Shown here one piece after another: positions 63,992 to 64,000 of a stretch of 64,000 nucleotides of DNA. The first letter of the stretch is position 1; each line of letters opens with the position of its first letter. The DNA lies in NCBI GenBank assembly GCA_964384235.1, contig CAYLJX010000001.1, positions 169,110 through 233,109 on the forward strand, written 5' to 3'. The stretch is from an uncultured Bdellovibrionales bacterium. Its GTDB lineage: Bacteria > Patescibacteriota > Minisyncoccia > Moranbacterales > UBA1568. The notes under the pieces were generated by a model. The model saw only the letters and a list, made by a program, of their open reading frames with translations, was not told where the DNA came from and searched no databases. The translations under genes and the position numbers were made by a program.

Positions 63992-64000
63992 CGAGAGCTC

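Noticed and set aside
1-64000. CRISPR arrays, cas operons, transposases, integrases or phage structural genes
   Set aside because: No regularly spaced direct repeats of 25-40 bp and no recognisable cas, integrase or transposase ORFs anywhere in the window. The tandem repeats present (47520-47560 TTTGACTTTT x2, and the heptamer tracts) are short and irregular.
1-64000. Alternative genetic code with UGA reassigned (as in some small-genome candidate phyla)
   Set aside because: Many confident genes terminate at in-frame TGA (e.g. the DUF1360 gene at 4617-4619). RF2 is present and uses UGA at its autoregulatory frameshift site.

Overview
This is a gene-dense, high-GC (roughly 55-60% by eye) bacterial chromosomal segment using the standard code: TGA is a stop codon, and RF2 is present with a canonical UGA frameshift site. 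Housekeeping genes I can support are a 5'-truncated mrdA (PBP2), greA, lysS, serS, frr, rseP, trmD, the ftsW-murG-murC-murB block, the priA-def-fmt operon, gltX, ftsE-ftsX and prfB (which carries its programmed +1 frameshift). There are four tRNAs: Val-CAC, Lys-UUU, Gln-CUG and Thr-CGU. Accessory content comprises a cell-surface polysaccharide cluster (two Wzz-like paralogs, a Wzy/O-antigen-ligase-like protein, two GT4 enzymes, a LysM protein and a beta-helix protein) interrupted by an ADP-forming acetyl-CoA synthetase; a TasA/camelysin-like plus SipW-type signal peptidase locus; a lower-GC signalling/nuclease island bounded by an AT-rich non-coding stretch and tRNA-Gln (2x GGDEF, a Cas4-like PD-(D/E)XK nuclease, FIST, PAS, EEP nuclease, ASCH, a standalone HD-type (p)ppGpp hydrolase); a CsoR-family repressor with HlyD/RND efflux; and a tandem-DsbA / Trx-like ferredoxin operon. 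The gene repertoire (ADP-forming ACS, archaeal-type SipW, many small secreted hypotheticals) is reminiscent of small-genome anaerobes such as CPR/Patescibacteria, but taxonomy cannot be established from this window. All calls come from reading the sequence and ORF translations; no database searches were run.
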